Source: Owenia fusiformis
Lineage: Eukaryota
Direction: 5' to 3'
Length of the DNA: 64,000 nucleotides
Assembly: GCA_903813345.2 (NCBI GenBank)
Contig: CAIIXF020000001.1
Span: 38,440,001 to 38,504,000, forward strand
The notes below the pieces were generated by a model. That model made no database searches. It worked only from the letters and a program-made list of their open reading frames with translations, and was not told the origin of the DNA. Position 1 is the stretch's first letter; every line of letters begins with the position of its first letter. A program made the translations under genes and the position numbers. Of the stretch, positions 36,001 through 49,016 are shown piece after piece.

Positions 36001-39000
36001 TAAAGCTTGATTTGCTGAGTCATTATTAGATCTACTTTGAAAAATGCTTTCTTCTCATTACTTGTATTTTATTATGATGCATTTTATGCTTTGTCATTTT
36101 TTGTTTCCATATTGTTTCCACGGGGTCTTTTCATTGATTTTGTGAGAAAGTCAATTGTTTTGGCTTGAAACACAAAACAATCTTGAATCTTTATAAATTG
36201 AATATATTTTAGGCCGTACTTACCTAAATTGTCTACTTTGATGGAAAGCTGATCGGAAGGCATTTTATTCAGAATATTTTGTTGTTTCTCTATAAAAGAT
36301 GCCATGACGACCTCTACTACCTCCAATACCTGCACCCCGAGATGGAATGATCCCTAAACGTGAAATTACATCAAGAACGTGAACAATACGAGATGTACAT
36401 GGTATCATATTATACTACAAATAAATTGATAAAATGAATGTGCGTTTGATAACCTTCAATAATCATTAAATATATGAATAACTTACCTTTTTCTCATAAT
36501 TTGTCAAAACTCTAGATTTAGTAAGAATTTGACTAGTGACTTCAAGGGTCTCCTGGAACAAAATGGATACGTGAATTGTCAAAAGTATGGCACTTGAATT
36601 GTTCGATGTAAATGTGGTAGAATCTTATTCTAAATCTAGTAGCTGTGATAAACAATTATTTATTAGTTAACGATGACTAAATTACTCTAGTATGATTGAA
36701 ATGCCCCGCCCGTGGTCTTTTTGGTTTTGATATTGAATCCTGAATCAGTGAATGGTGGGGAGACGTATTAAACATTGTTTTTGTGTGTTTGATCAAAGTT
36801 TGGGTTATTGGGGGTTTGTTTTCATTCAGTATAACTGGTTTTGCCCTTAGATGTTATCATTTAATTGCAATAAGGAAACACTTTTATTACAATAAAAGTT
36901 CTGTAACAATACCTTGAAGATCTGCTGCATCATATGGTCGTCCATGAATTTATCAGAATATGAGTAGACATCTTGAAGTAGTTCCGTCAGTTTTATCAAA
37001 TCACCGGCGTATATATTGTAGCCCCAATATAACTGACGAGACAGGAACATGTTCATTTGCTGGAGGATGCTGTATTCCCGAGTCACCATATAGCCATTTT
37101 TTAAATTTTCAAACTGAATATTATAAGAAAGAAGAATTAAGTAAAGCTGTTGTCAAGGTTATCTAGCTGTACATTCCCCTCTAAAGGACAACATTCACTA
37201 CCAATCGGATACCCTGTTAATGTCTGTTTATGCATGAAAATATTAATGTGTTTAATTGGATTGGAAGATTATGAAAAGGATAAGTTTTTAAATCACCAAT
37301 CTTAAAAAGCATTAACACGTCATCCAATAGAGGAATTGATGTTACCAAGCCTTCGTAGGAGAGCATAGGGTATGTGTCAATTTCTTTCGATCTAGAAATC
37401 GTTACTTTCCACTTTACACGAATTGTACCTGATTTATCATTGAAAAATTATTAAAATAGACGGAAGAACTTACCAAACATGATATGTCATTTACTCTGTT
37501 TGATATGCATGTTGTAAAGATAGGCTCTTCCCAATAACATCCCGTTCCCCCACAAACACAGGCTCGCGTTGCCTTCCCTTTTAAAGTAAAAAAACAATAG
37601 TTCAAAATCAGAAATAGGAGCTTAAAATCCGAAATTGACTGATATGAATCGCTAAATACCAGCATAACCCTTAAAGGTATTTTAAAAACAGTTACATCAG
37701 AGCAGAAACATTTTTGAGAACAGGAAAAGCATGTTTTGAATTTAGAGACGTTAACGACAACAATGCCTGTTCCCTGAAGAGGATAATTCCTTAACATTTG
37801 TAAGATTAAGTGTGATCGTTGTATAACTAAAGCGTCTATTATAAGCGAATTATAAGAAGATGGTATGGAACTTGGAAAGAGGGTGGCGCAATAACGCAAC
37901 AAAATCAGGCCGTAAGAAAACGTAAGTAGAAGACGATACTACCTTTTGATCCAGCAGGACAGCTTCTAACACTGGATGAATTGCTATATGAGGGATCCCA
38001 CTTGACGTCTTTATAGGCCTCAGATTGGCATATATTTTGTCCTAACTCTGGAAAATAAAACACTATTTGCACATCCATCGTGGGGTACCTTGACAACAAA
38101 TGTGGCGCATGAAATTGTAAAGAAATTCATTTTAGGTAAAATCTAATAATTTTCACTATTTACTCATTGTTTTATTCGAATCTCATCAGAATTTCGTTTT
38201 TCTTTGTAGCCTTCTTCTGAATATTCAAAACGACATTGTTTAAAAATTTTGACTTTTCAATATATTTTGGAACATTAACCTAACATTTTTCAAAAATTCT
38301 GTGAAAAAAACAATAAGAGTTTCTGTGCTAAAAGGCGCCTAGTTTATGACAATAAACTGGTTTCTGTACTAAAATGTGAATATTAGGAACTTCGTTTACA
38401 TCATCTTGCTTCTCTTAAAGCTAGGAACTCATGAAGGTTGCTTTATGGTTTTATCTTACCTGTTGTTAGAGATGTGTGATTGAGAACATCAATCCTACTC
38501 TCCTCACTAGAGATACCTGCCTCATTTCTAACAACACAAGTGTAGACGACAGACATGCGAATATACTGGATATGAAGACGAGATCCAGTGGGCAGCAACT
38601 CTTCAACCATATCTTTATTTACTGGCTTGTTATTCCTTAGCCAATGGTATTTGAATTTACCAAAATTATCATCACGTGACAGGCATGTTATACTCAATCT
38701 ACTTCCGATTGGAACAATTTTATGAGAAGGATTAATGCTGACATCTGGCGGTGTGATGACATACACGTGGAGAGTTTTATTTTCTCTGTCCAACCAATCT
38801 TCCACTTGGCAAGTAAAGTCTCCTGCAACAAACACACAGGTATATATAGTATCCACATAAGTTCTGGCGTCTGTCACCTAGCTTATGTCTTTGGAATTTT
38901 AAGTAGACATAATTTGCACAAGGTGACAGTATTACGAAATCCTAATTAAACTGTATGTGTACTATGAGTAAGTTTTCTCTGACGTTTATAACATCTGTAG

Positions 39001-42000
39001 CACTGTTTGGTTATTACTGTATTAAGGTATAAGAAGTGGACGAAGAGTCTTATAACCTTCTTCATATGGTGTTGCACTGTGAATACTGAGCACAGACGCA
39101 TGGAGTCCTCCTTCTGTCATAGGCATTCTGGTAATGTACATGTCTCTGCTTGCCCTATGCACATCCACTCTCGATCCATCCTTGTACCAAGTAAATGTTA
39201 AGTCTTTTGAGCCCCTTGACTCGCACATGAGTGTAAGTATATTTCCCTGTATCACTGGATTGGGATCCTGATTGGAGAGCCCAACAAATGAGAATGCTGA
39301 AACGATTAGTTAACAGTTAAGGTGCTATGGAAGTTAACAGAAAATGACAAAACAAAAAATGTCAAAACCATGCTGGATTTTGAAAGCAATATATTGGGCG
39401 CATTTTCTGAAAAAGTCAAAAGATTCTGTTCAGTGACCTTTCCTGAGCACCTACTCTTAGCTATTTTTCAGTCACATTTTCAGAGGGCTGAAAAGGTTAT
39501 TTCATCATGTTTATGGTCATTCTGACCATTTCCATTGTGTTCCCAGTCATGTAAATGATATGTGGAACTAGTTAAACTGACTGGAGGTCCAAACAGAACT
39601 CTGTTATCTTGGATCAAAGAAATTTCAAAATCCAACATGGTTTTGACATTTTTTGTTTTGTCATTTCCTGTAACTTCCTTAGCACCTTAATGATCATGTT
39701 GGGTAACATGTTTGCATTTGAGTACAAGTGGTCACATATGTCAATGGCATGTCATAAATCCAGCAGACCAAAATATTTTTAAGCACCAGGCTAGCAAACT
39801 GAGTATTTCGTGACGCGTTTAAAAAGGGCGGGTAAAATAAAAAAATAATTTAAATAGAATAATAATAAAATATCAATTCATCTGTCCGAAAAATCATTGT
39901 TTAAGACCAAATATTGACACATTTGGACTTTGACTTATTTCCAAGAGGACCTTCTTGAGGAAAACATTTTAAAGAGAAATGTTACCATTCCTGGTCCTTT
40001 GAACAAGATCGAAGAAAGGTCATGCTTGAAAGGTTTGTTTGGAGTGTATTTAACATGTCAACGTTATTTCAAAGGCAATAACTGAATACAAAATATTAAT
40101 TTATTTATTTCACGGGTACCAAGCGACATTGGATGGGAAGCATATCGCATTAATAAATACATGCCATATGATCATGATAATCATGATAAACAATGACATC
40201 ATAATATCAGAGCATGTTTCCACTGAAACATGATGATGCATCGAAAATCAGAATTGATACATAGCCTTTATTAACATATTCATAGTACAATGTTTTACCT
40301 GGCTCATAATGCAACGAGAAATTTTCAGATTGAAGTCCCATCGCCAGCAAGGATGCGTGTGTGTCTGGGTCCTTCAGAATTTGTATCACGTCATTTTCAT
40401 CTTTGATATGTCCAGGAAAATAAAGTTCTAAATACGCAGTCCCATCATTTATTTGGAGAGTAATTTTATGATTTCCATTTTGAAGATAGAAAAACTGCCA
40501 TAGCTACATGGAAAATAAGTATAGTATATAGGGGGTGAAAAATTTGCAAGCAAAATGTTTAATTGACCTACCAATCTATTCCTTACAATTTCAAGTACAA
40601 TATTTTCTATTAAAGGTCCACCATGTACTAATTGGTGGAGTCATTGGGATTCAATGTGCAAAAAATTGGGGGAAATATTTAATATAAGTAGTTATTACAG
40701 TAAAAATCCTTAGTGTGGGACTAAAGTGAAATATGCACTTTGGTAGTTTTCAGAAAATATGGTAAGGGATGATATGAGCCAAAAATATTCAAAAATTGAA
40801 ATAATATTTTGTTTAGCTTGCTCGATAGATCTGATCCTCTTTTTAATTTACTCTTTGCATTCGTTCGACTTTGCTTCTTAAATGAGAGCTATGTCTTCAT
40901 ATTTGTAACTAGACTCTGTGCGAAGGGGATCTTATGCATACCAACCTTTTGTTTTACTGAACCAAACCACTGGTCTGTCACCTTCGTTGTGTTTAAGACG
41001 TATAGCTTTATCATTGACTGAAGGTTGTCTGCAACAAAAACAGGTGTATGGCACCATTAAAAGTTATATTGAATGGCCTTGTATGCCCAAAATACGTATT
41101 TATATTTAGAGAGGCTCATCACAATCAACAAAAGTTATTCGATAGAAGGTTCATGTATGACCTTTTCTCTCACTAGCTTTTAGTATCTCTATGTTTGTTC
41201 GATTGATGGAAAAACGTTTAGCGTCTCGATTTCGTTCACGTAGCTCAAAAAGTATGCACATTTAACAATATCACAATCGTCAATAATACAGGGTGGTAAA
41301 AAAACGGCAACCCTAATTTTTCCTCATATCTTTGTCATTTTTGGAAATTTTGCCCTGATATTTGGCACACATGTACATCATTCAATTTCATACTAGACTG
41401 TATTATTTCATGAACATTGGACTGATAGTCGCAATACAGCACTTTAATGCCTTGGTCACATAGGCTCCGATTTTCACTACGGCGCCCGGCCGATGAGTAT
41501 TTTGTTCAAAATCGGCCGGCGAGCCCGGGCATCGTACGGGCGCCGGGCGATGATCGCCACTCATCGGCCGATTTTTAGACATCGTACGGGCGCCGGCAGA
41601 GTTTTATCGCGGAGATAAAAGTTGCCGATGTCTTGGCGATTTTTTCTCAACCAAACTCATCGGTACCTACCCGGCCGTGTCCCGTCCGGTCATCGTACGA
41701 TTATCTTACGGCGCCCGGTGGCATCGCACGGTCATCTTGGGATTTTGCGTGCTGATTTGTTGATAAATATTAATAATGATTACTTATAAAGTGATATAAA
41801 GGTTTTAGAAATAATGAGGTAAGGAATTATATTTACTACACACTGTCAGAGATTTTTTATAAAACATAAATGAAACGATTAGGCTTACTGTAAAACAATG
41901 ACACACATTTGAATGGCTGGGTGGGTGGGTAGGTTGATCTAGTCGTTCTTATATTGACATTAATCGTGTATGTCTGTCATACACATTGAATAGAGTGATA

Positions 42001-45000
42001 CATTTTTATGCGTATATTCACTCATGCATATACCATTACAATCATTTATTTTAAAAATCTTCTGAATGTTTTTGTGAGTACAGTATTTTCAAGGGTCACA
42101 ATTTTAATACGAACGTTTACTGTCTCAATTACAGTTAATATGCCAAAGGCTAAGGATGGACCATATATGAGGAAGGCCTTGGGAAGACAGGTGGAAAAAG
42201 ACAATAACAATGCTAGTGAGCTGGTGGATGATGAAGATTTAGATGTGTCTAGGGAACAGGGCTTTCCATTTGAAATAAAGGAAAAAAATTTCAATTTCTT
42301 TGATGATAGGCCATATTTTTATGACCAAACAAATTTACGAGAACAGACAAAAGAAAGATACAGAAATAGGCAATTTTGCTAATAGCATCAGATAGACACA
42401 GGTAGACATAGTATTTGTTTATATGAAAGATCTAAAAATGAATTAAGGTCAGAGTGCACTTTGATGAAAAGACCACGTGCAGTATGGCAAGTGATTTTTG
42501 ACGGTCATATCTTTCACCATGAGTACTTTCTGGGCATAAATACAGTGTTTTTTATTAAAACAATATGTTTTCTTTTAATTGAAGTTCCATGTTAGTAAAA
42601 ATATCAATCAAACAATTTGAAAAATTATGAATAGGGACCCCATGTCAGCATTTTCTTCTAAATATTGAACCTATTTAGAGGATCTTCTTTTTCTGATTTT
42701 TATTGCATGAAAACATTATTATCCTGGAAGTCCTGTCTATCGAAGTATTTCGTTTTCAAATCTTGCATTCATGCCATGTGGAACAGTCATACTGGGTCAT
42801 ACAAGAATTTAGTATAAATCTAGAGGCCTGTAGATCGACCGATGTCCTGGCGGGTGCCGTGCGGCCATCGGCAGATAGCCTTGCGATACCCATGCGATGT
42901 CTTTCAGATTCAATTGATTGCGGGCGCCGTACGATGCCTGTACTAATGTGACCATACTCACGATTAGATCAAGACATCGGTGAAAAGTCACCGGCGCCCG
43001 GTCGATTTATAAATCGGCCGATGACTACTCATCGGCCGGCGCCCGGCGGCTATGTGACCTAGGCATAAACAAGGTACCCCAGTTTTCCAATATCGTGCTG
43101 TAGGCAAACCTGCACATGTTTTCCAAACCTGTCAATGACATAACAGCATTCCTCAGCAAGTATGGCCTGAATGACACATGTGATCTTTATTTTGAGGTCA
43201 AATGTCTTTCTGGTGTTATTACCCTACACTCTATCTTTAGGGTATCCCCACTGGTAAAGATTAAATGGGGCCATATCTGGGCTATGGGGTGCCCATTCAT
43301 TGTCTGTTGTACTGCTGATAATGTGGTCATTGAAGTGGTCCCAAAGCCAATATTGTGCATCATTTGGTGTATGGGGTATGGTTCTGTCTTGTTGGAACCA
43401 CTGTTGCTGCCTTTCAACCCCCTGGGTTCACCTAAAGTCCCCAAGAACTCCATGGGAATCACAAAATAGAGTTTGATGTTGACAGTTATTGCATATCTGT
43501 TAGCATCATCAAAGGTAAAGGACCCTATCTTCTGAGAACACACTAAACTGTGCATCTGTCTGTGTGAAGGTGGCTCTCCACTACTTTATAAAGTGCTTTG
43601 CTCCCAAGAATACATAATTGTTACAGTTTACCAGTGCATCAAGTTGGAAATGGAGTTCGTTTGGATAACAGAACAGCTCAGACAGCCCGAAAGTGGCCAT
43701 CTGGGGTATGTTGCTTAAAATGCAGTAATATTGTGACTATCAGTCCGATGGTCATGAAATATGGTAGGTTGGTAGGAAATTGAATGATGTACAAATATGT
43801 AAAATTTCAGGGAGTTATTCCTTAGAATGACAAAGATATTAGGAAAAACTAGGGTTGCCGTTTTTTTGACCACCCTTGTAATATAAACCACTTTGCAAAT
43901 GGTTGGGTTATTGATTAAGCATTTTTCATTATAAATGTGCAACCAAACTTATATATTCATTTCCGATTTCAAAATGAACAGAAAATGACTAAATGAATAT
44001 TGTAAGTTTTTGAACACTTATAATTTGGATTTACCTATTTGAACGCATGTTCTATTGTCTACGTCAAGTTTAAATCCCGACTTGCAGGAGCAGGTGTATC
44101 CACCAACCTCTACATCCCTGGGTAGACATAATTGGTCACAAGCTAGTGATACGCATTCTAAAAAGAAAAGAGACATTTAACGTTAATGGCTCTCTGTGAG
44201 TTTGAGCAAACTTGGCCATTGTTTTTTCATTAAAAACCGAACAACATCGATCGTTATCATTTCAAAAGTACATTCCCCTCTATCAACTTCTCGCGCGATC
44301 AGGCCTGATTGTGTTTGGTTATTCTTAACTAAAACATAGGCGTAGCCAGGGGGAACGGTGGGTGCGATCGCCCCCCCCCCCCCACGACCAATAAAAATAA
44401 AAACATGAAAAAGGAAGAAGAAAAGAGCTTTAAAATGTTTTTTATTTGAAGCTTCTAGCTCAATTTTGAATCTTTGTCATAAACCTTCGAGGAGGAGCAA
44501 AATGATTGTAGTCCGATGTATCAGATGATTGTCTTACCTGGTGGAAGATAGCCCTTTACTCTATTCTCACATTGGTTACCTTCAAACCCTGGTGGGCAAT
44601 CACAGAAGTTTACCCTAGACCCAAAGAAATACCTGAAACAATATAATATAAAATATGCAAATTTCTTCTTATCGATTGCGTTTTCTCTAAAACCAAAGAA
44701 CGTTTCTTCCTAAAACTTTAGGATATACTTTACAATTGTATAAGCAATATATCATGTTGAAATCAGTCTTATTGCAAACATAGTATTGATGTAATAGAAT
44801 GACAATATAGTACCCCCTTAAAATGTTATTCTAGGGGGGGGGTAAAACTACTCAAAATCCTTCGTCCACCAACCAAATAGAAGCAGACATCATGAATTGA
44901 TGCAGAAGGTCATCTTTCTGAAAATGTATGTCTGGCAATTGGCCCTCTGACTTCCAAAAACCCTTGCTGGAGACTGACCTAATATGTTTAACAAAACCAA

Positions 45001-45799
45001 TGGAAACGTAGATCCTAAAAGTAATGGCTATGCTTATTACTAGATTAGTTAATAAATGTCTTCTCTCTGGTTTTGATGTTAGCATTTGTGTAATATGTAT
45101 AATCATATTGCATATTATATAATATAAACCAATGTACCTGCACGAGCCTCCATTATAACATGAGTTGTTGCCCTTAATTGGATCGCAATGTGGACCATAT
45201 TCGCACTCTTGGCCCCAGAACCCAGGGAAGCAATGACATTTATAACTTTCAAATCCCTCGGACGCCAAACAATTTCCTAGAAAGGAGCAGCTGTATACAG
45301 AGCAAGCGTCATATCTTGGCTGTGAATTTTCGGGTACTATCTCGTATGTTATATTGAACCCATAGACATCTGTTAGGAAATCCTCCACTCGTATGTGCAA
45401 GTTTGTTAAGTCGGCTACATCTAGTTGGATCAGCATGTACGGCTTAGAACCGATGATAAAAGTAATCTCGTCCTCGAAAAGGAAATTACGAATATAGCTA
45501 CGTCCCATGAAGAGATTTTCATCCTGGTAGTAAGTGTATTCCGATATTTGGAATGATTCCTTCAGGTAATACTGCGTAAAATATAAAGCAATTTTCTTGC
45601 CGGGAGGTGCGTATATTAACCATGTACATTTTAAAGGCACTGGAAAATTATTTGGGAAGTTTGGAGTTGAGATATTTCCGTGTGGAGCCTTCATTAGACC
45701 TCCACATACTGCTCCCGTGTTTGAAGGATTATACAATCCACTCGCTGATGACACAGTAGCAATACAACACAGCCACAGAAGTCCTTGTCCGGCTATCAT
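28998..45799 (-). CDS. Gene 2 (spliced, 28 coding exons, ~1351 aa): adhesion GPCR, SP-CUB-EGFx3-linker-Igx2-HormR-GAIN/GPS-7TM
   Basis: Exons 45799-45138, 44632-44538, 44157-44035, 41028-40946, 40503-40299, 39296-39057, 38822-38460, 38047-37943, 37577-37474, 37113-36913, 36552-36487, 36353-36224, 35408-35316, 35087-35003, 34807-34708, 34418-34372, 34116-33993, 33722-33610, 33364-33262, 33118-32968, 32695-32620, 32455-32389, 32071-31986, 31708-31582, 30380-30339, 30083-29994, 29564-29516, 29323-28998. All GT-AG, phases consistent, 4056 nt. Confidence 0.85.
30339..33722 (-). CDS. Gene 2 7TM exons (8 exons)
   Basis: Seven hydrophobic segments; TM3-start Cys (VCKSV) and ECL2 FCWV, typical of class-B2 7TM. 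Confidence 0.85.
30663..31384. mobile_element. ~720-bp foldback MITE; a truncated second copy lies at ~42470-42720
   Basis: Arms GTGCAGTATGGCAAGTGATTTTAGA...TCTAAAATCACTTGCCATACTGCAC, pairing over >150 bp. Confidence 0.85.
33993..37113 (-). CDS. Gene 2 GAIN/GPS exons (8 exons)
   Basis: YAGDL...; VNSKIYS; GPS CAQWKSRLFPNGYWDLDGCNVVGWSINYTTCRCNNSGHISLLL. Confidence 0.82.
35690..36030 (+). mobile_element. LINE 3' remnant (post-RT region, CR1/L2 group), antisense in a gene 2 intron
   Basis: Frameshifted CNLLWGNA / LKKLYVLQKKC* / APSGPLFSKLKILNIFDINKLQT. Confidence 0.7.
37474..38047 (-). CDS. Gene 2 exons 38047-37943 and 37577-37474, hormone-receptor (HormR) domain
   Basis: CQSEAYKDVKW...RSCPAGSKGKATRAC...CYWEEPIFTTC. 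Confidence 0.88.
38460..39296 (-). CDS. Gene 2 exons 39296-39057 and 38822-38460, two Ig-like domains
   Basis: LTLMCESRGSKDLTFTWYKDG...EEGDFTCQV; LSITC...YHWLRNN...VYTCVVRNEAG. Confidence 0.9.
39321..39686. mobile_element. TTAA-flanked MITE (Kolobok/piggyBac-type target site)
   Basis: TTAA|GGTGCTATGGAAGTT...AACTTCCTTAGCACC|TTAA; ~65-bp TIR. Confidence 0.85.
40299..41028 (-). CDS. Gene 2 linker exons 41028-40946 and 40503-40299 (possible SEA-like region)
   Basis: DNLQSMIKLYVLNTTKVTDQWFGSVKQK | LWQFFYLQNG...SLHYEP; phases 1-0-1 fit the neighbouring exons. Confidence 0.7.
41289..43878 (-). mobile_element. Decayed Tc1/mariner transposon with long TIRs, interrupted by a Harbinger-like insertion
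   Basis: TA|CAGGGTGGT...ACCACCCTTG|TA; TIR >160 bp; remnants QWFQQDRTIPHT and EWAPHSPDMAPFNLYQWGYPKDRV* at ~43230-43405. Confidence 0.88.
41448..43065 (+). mobile_element. PIF/Harbinger-like element nested in the Tc1/mariner left TIR
   Basis: TAA|TGCCTTGGTCACATAG...CTATGTGACCTAGGCA|TAA; GC-rich subterminal repeats; MADF-like remnant FFDDRPYFYD...YRNR near 42140-42380. Confidence 0.85.
44035..44157 (-). CDS. Gene 2 exon, EGF3
   Basis: ECVSLACDQLCLPRDVEVGGYTCSCKSGFKLDVDNRTCVQI. Confidence 0.88.
44538..44632 (-). CDS. Gene 2 exon, end of EGF2
   Basis: YFFGSRVNFCDCPPGFEGNQCENRVKGYLPP. Confidence 0.88.
45138..45799 (-). CDS. Gene 2 first coding exon: signal peptide, CUB domain, EGF1 and start of EGF2
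   Basis: CGGLMKAPHGNISTPNFPNNFPVPLKCTWLI...GFNITY; CSFLGNC...CHCFPGFWGQEC; AG|gtac donor. Confidence 0.92.
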
Positions 45800-46630
45800 A
45801 TCATCACACGTTGCTCTTAAACACTGCTATACTTATCCCCGTTATCATCCTTATCAATGCAATGTGATTGAAAGCTCCTCATCGTTATGACTTATCGCTA
45901 TTGTTACTTGTTTGTTCTCTTCGTGGCATCGTCTCTTTTCATAGAGAATCTGAAACTGTAGTAATTAGAAATAATTAGCATTGTACATCTACATCATTTT
46001 TCTGTTATGCAACTGCAAATATGCTCCGATATTTAATACTATATTAATCAATTAATAATATAGTTCTTGTTCAGAATCCTCATAATTATGTTACAAAATG
46101 GACACATTACTCCTCTGTCACTTTCATTTGATCAAATACAACACAATAATGATGCAGTTTGAAATCATGAAATTGTGTGGAATTCGAAAACAAAATCCTT
46201 TCAAAGATCATTTTGTGCGTTGGTGAATCAGTATTTTTTCTAACATGTTTACCGTTGACCAATTATCACCTTCCTTCTGGATTGCAATGAAATAATATTT
46301 TTGTATACAGCTGCTATGCAACCATAAATGCGTTAATGAGTAATACGATTATATTTGGAGAGATTCTATTGCTTTTTGGCTTATTACCAGACCCCTATTT
46401 AGGTATTTCAATGAGGTTAGTATGTAATTGCGTATCCCAATTTGTAATAGTTTTAATAGTTTGCTTCTTTGAAGAGCTTCGTCTACCAATATACTGGGCG
46501 TTGACACTTAGCGAGACATGAGGTTTGGCTGTGCCCCTACATTTGGGTCCCGATTCGGGTGAAATCGCCCGTCGAAGCATCGTGTCTAATTTTGAAATAA
46601 TACACACATTACCGCTAGTATAATCACCCA

Positions 46631-46850
46631 CAGGCCCGTAGCCAGGGGGGTTCGCAGGGTTCGGGCGAACCCCCCCCCCCCCCGGCCAAAAAATTCTTTC
46701 AAAATCATGCAGTTTTTCACCATTTTGAGCACTTCTCAAGTGATTTTGACCATATTTGGGCCTAAATTGTCAAATGTGAACCCCCCCTGGAAATTTTTGA
46801 AAACTGAACCCCCCCCCCCCCCCCCTTGGCAAATCCTGGCTACGGGCCTG
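46631..46850. mobile_element. hAT-like MITE with 5-bp TSD
   Basis: ACCCA|CAGGCCCGTAGCCAGG...CCTGGCTACGGGCCTG|ACCCA. Confidence 0.88.
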
Positions 46851-49016
46851 ACCCATATGCATACAATGGTCGTAAGTAATGCAATATTTCATTTGTATAC
46901 CGCAAGAACCAATAGGCTTTTGTTGATCTTCTATAATAAATGTCTAACAGATGGAATATAAGGACATTTAGAGTAGTACAACTTACATAAGCGTCTATTA
47001 TATTCATATATATTATATTAGTAAGTCTATTAGTCCACGAACGTTATCTAAAATCCTGTTGTTCTTTGAAACATGGACCTCTATCCTTGGCCAGGGGTGG
47101 ATGTTCGTATTCGGAATATTGTTCAATTTGAGTTTTATCTAAAAAGTGAAAAAATATATTTCCATTTGCTTTGACCAGTCTATCTGTTTTTAACAGCTTG
47201 ATGTAGAAACAACTTCCTCCGGTAAAGTGCAATTTATAGCCTTGTTTGTGCAATAATTATCCGATTATGTAATCCGTTATCTCACATTTGATGTCATGCC
47301 AAACAAACTGTGGAATCATCTGCGTTTGACCATAGAACTACGATCAAATTGCAAGGTATCTTTAAGTCCCTAGATTGCCACAGTTTGAAGTAAACAAGTT
47401 CTAATATTGCGTCTATTCAGTTTTGGTATTGAGAATTTTATAAGATCATATGAAATCACGACCCCGGATCCTTTCCAGGATACACACATGAAACGAATGA
47501 CGAATTGATTCCAAGTGAAATCTGGAATGAAAATGTTTTCCTCTATCCGATTATTATTGCATAATGTACCTTTCTATTGAATATACATGTACATGCATCT
47601 ACATCTTTTTATAGCATTTTTCAAAGTGGCTATTTTGTCATCGTCTTGTGTTGATGGGCGTAGCGTACGTCTGCCTGTGTGGGTGGGCGGACAAGCGCCA
47701 CAAAAATCTTCTAACAATTACGTACATACATGTATGTTATTATAAGTTTAGTAAACAAGTACAACGGTCAATTACTAGTACATGTTATACAACAGCATGT
47801 ATCTTGAGGCCATGTTCTAATTCATATAACTGAATGAAATGATAACATCAAATTGATCTGACCATCACCTGAATGTATCAATTCGCTCATGATTCCTCTC
47901 CCCTTTGCTATCAAATACTTTAGCCTAATACAATAACAACTAGCTTGAGACTGAACATTGGTGCATTCCTATCTTATCGATTCAACCTTGATTCAACGAT
48001 TGTCATAGACAATTCCAAACGGTTCATACCTTAGTGTAACATGCTCTTCTTCCGTGTTCCGATGACCTGAAATATCAGATTGTACTTCTTCAACACCTTC
48101 TCCAACACCGTAATAATAATCACACCAGTTTCTCTGGTCAGAAAATCGAGCCTACGCACTTATCAGACCTTACAAGATCAATATATAGAGGTCAATGGTT
48201 CAGAAATAATGGTAAACAGGCTTGAATTATAAACAGATTACGCAAATCCTTTGGAATGAGCTATACACCCGCTATACGACGACCACCACAAATACCAATG
48301 AAGTGAACGGTTTCATTCAGGAGAGTCGTTGCTAAGTAATTCACTAGTGTTTTCAAATATTAGTTTTGCTAAATTCTAAAGTATTTCACAACTATTATCT
48401 TTATTACGCGGTTACATAATTCTATATGTCAATAAGTACAGTATAACTGTATTATTATTCGACAAACATGTGAAGGAAAGTAATCTAGAGCACGAGTGCG
48501 ATTTCAAAGTGCATATTTTGCATACTGATGGGAGTTTACATTGTTGTTCTGCAAAACAACAGATTGTAGTTTAGAAGCAAGCTAAAAAACTGTTTAAGGA
48601 CCCCTATCCGACCCAGTTTGAATTGAAATACATATACTATGGTTCTCCTGGGATAGAGGTCCATGCATATACCCAGTAACATAATTTTACTGGTTGAGAT
48701 CAACCAATGTTCTTCTGATCGAGATAATGAGGATTAATGATATTCCTATGAAGGTAGCATAGGGATATGATGATATCCCCATACTGACTCAATACACCTT
48801 TGCAAAATTTTCGCAGAAGAACATCGGCTGATTAAGACTCGACCAGTAGAAATATCTAGCCCCAATCCCAATTAATTAGAATAGGCTAAGGGTTCTAGAC
48901 AATGGGGTTTCATTTGGTTTTCAGAGCTTTTGGTTTCCTCAATTGTCATTTCCACATTTGGCCTACTTCCTTTCGTGACCATCCATCTTGTTGACTAGGA
49001 ACAAACCCGCCCGAGC

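Noticed and set aside
41162..41250. Possible extra GPCR exon (…NIEILKASERK)
   Set aside because: Weak splice sites and a phase mismatch with the upstream exon; the model is complete without it.
44852..45137. C-terminal ~95 aa of the 315-aa ORF
   Set aside because: Intronic read-through past the AG|gtac donor; EGF2 is completed by the exon at 44632.
48030..48066. Candidate 5' UTR exon of the GPCR splicing to the acceptor at 45949
   Set aside because: Only splice-like signals; needs transcript evidence.
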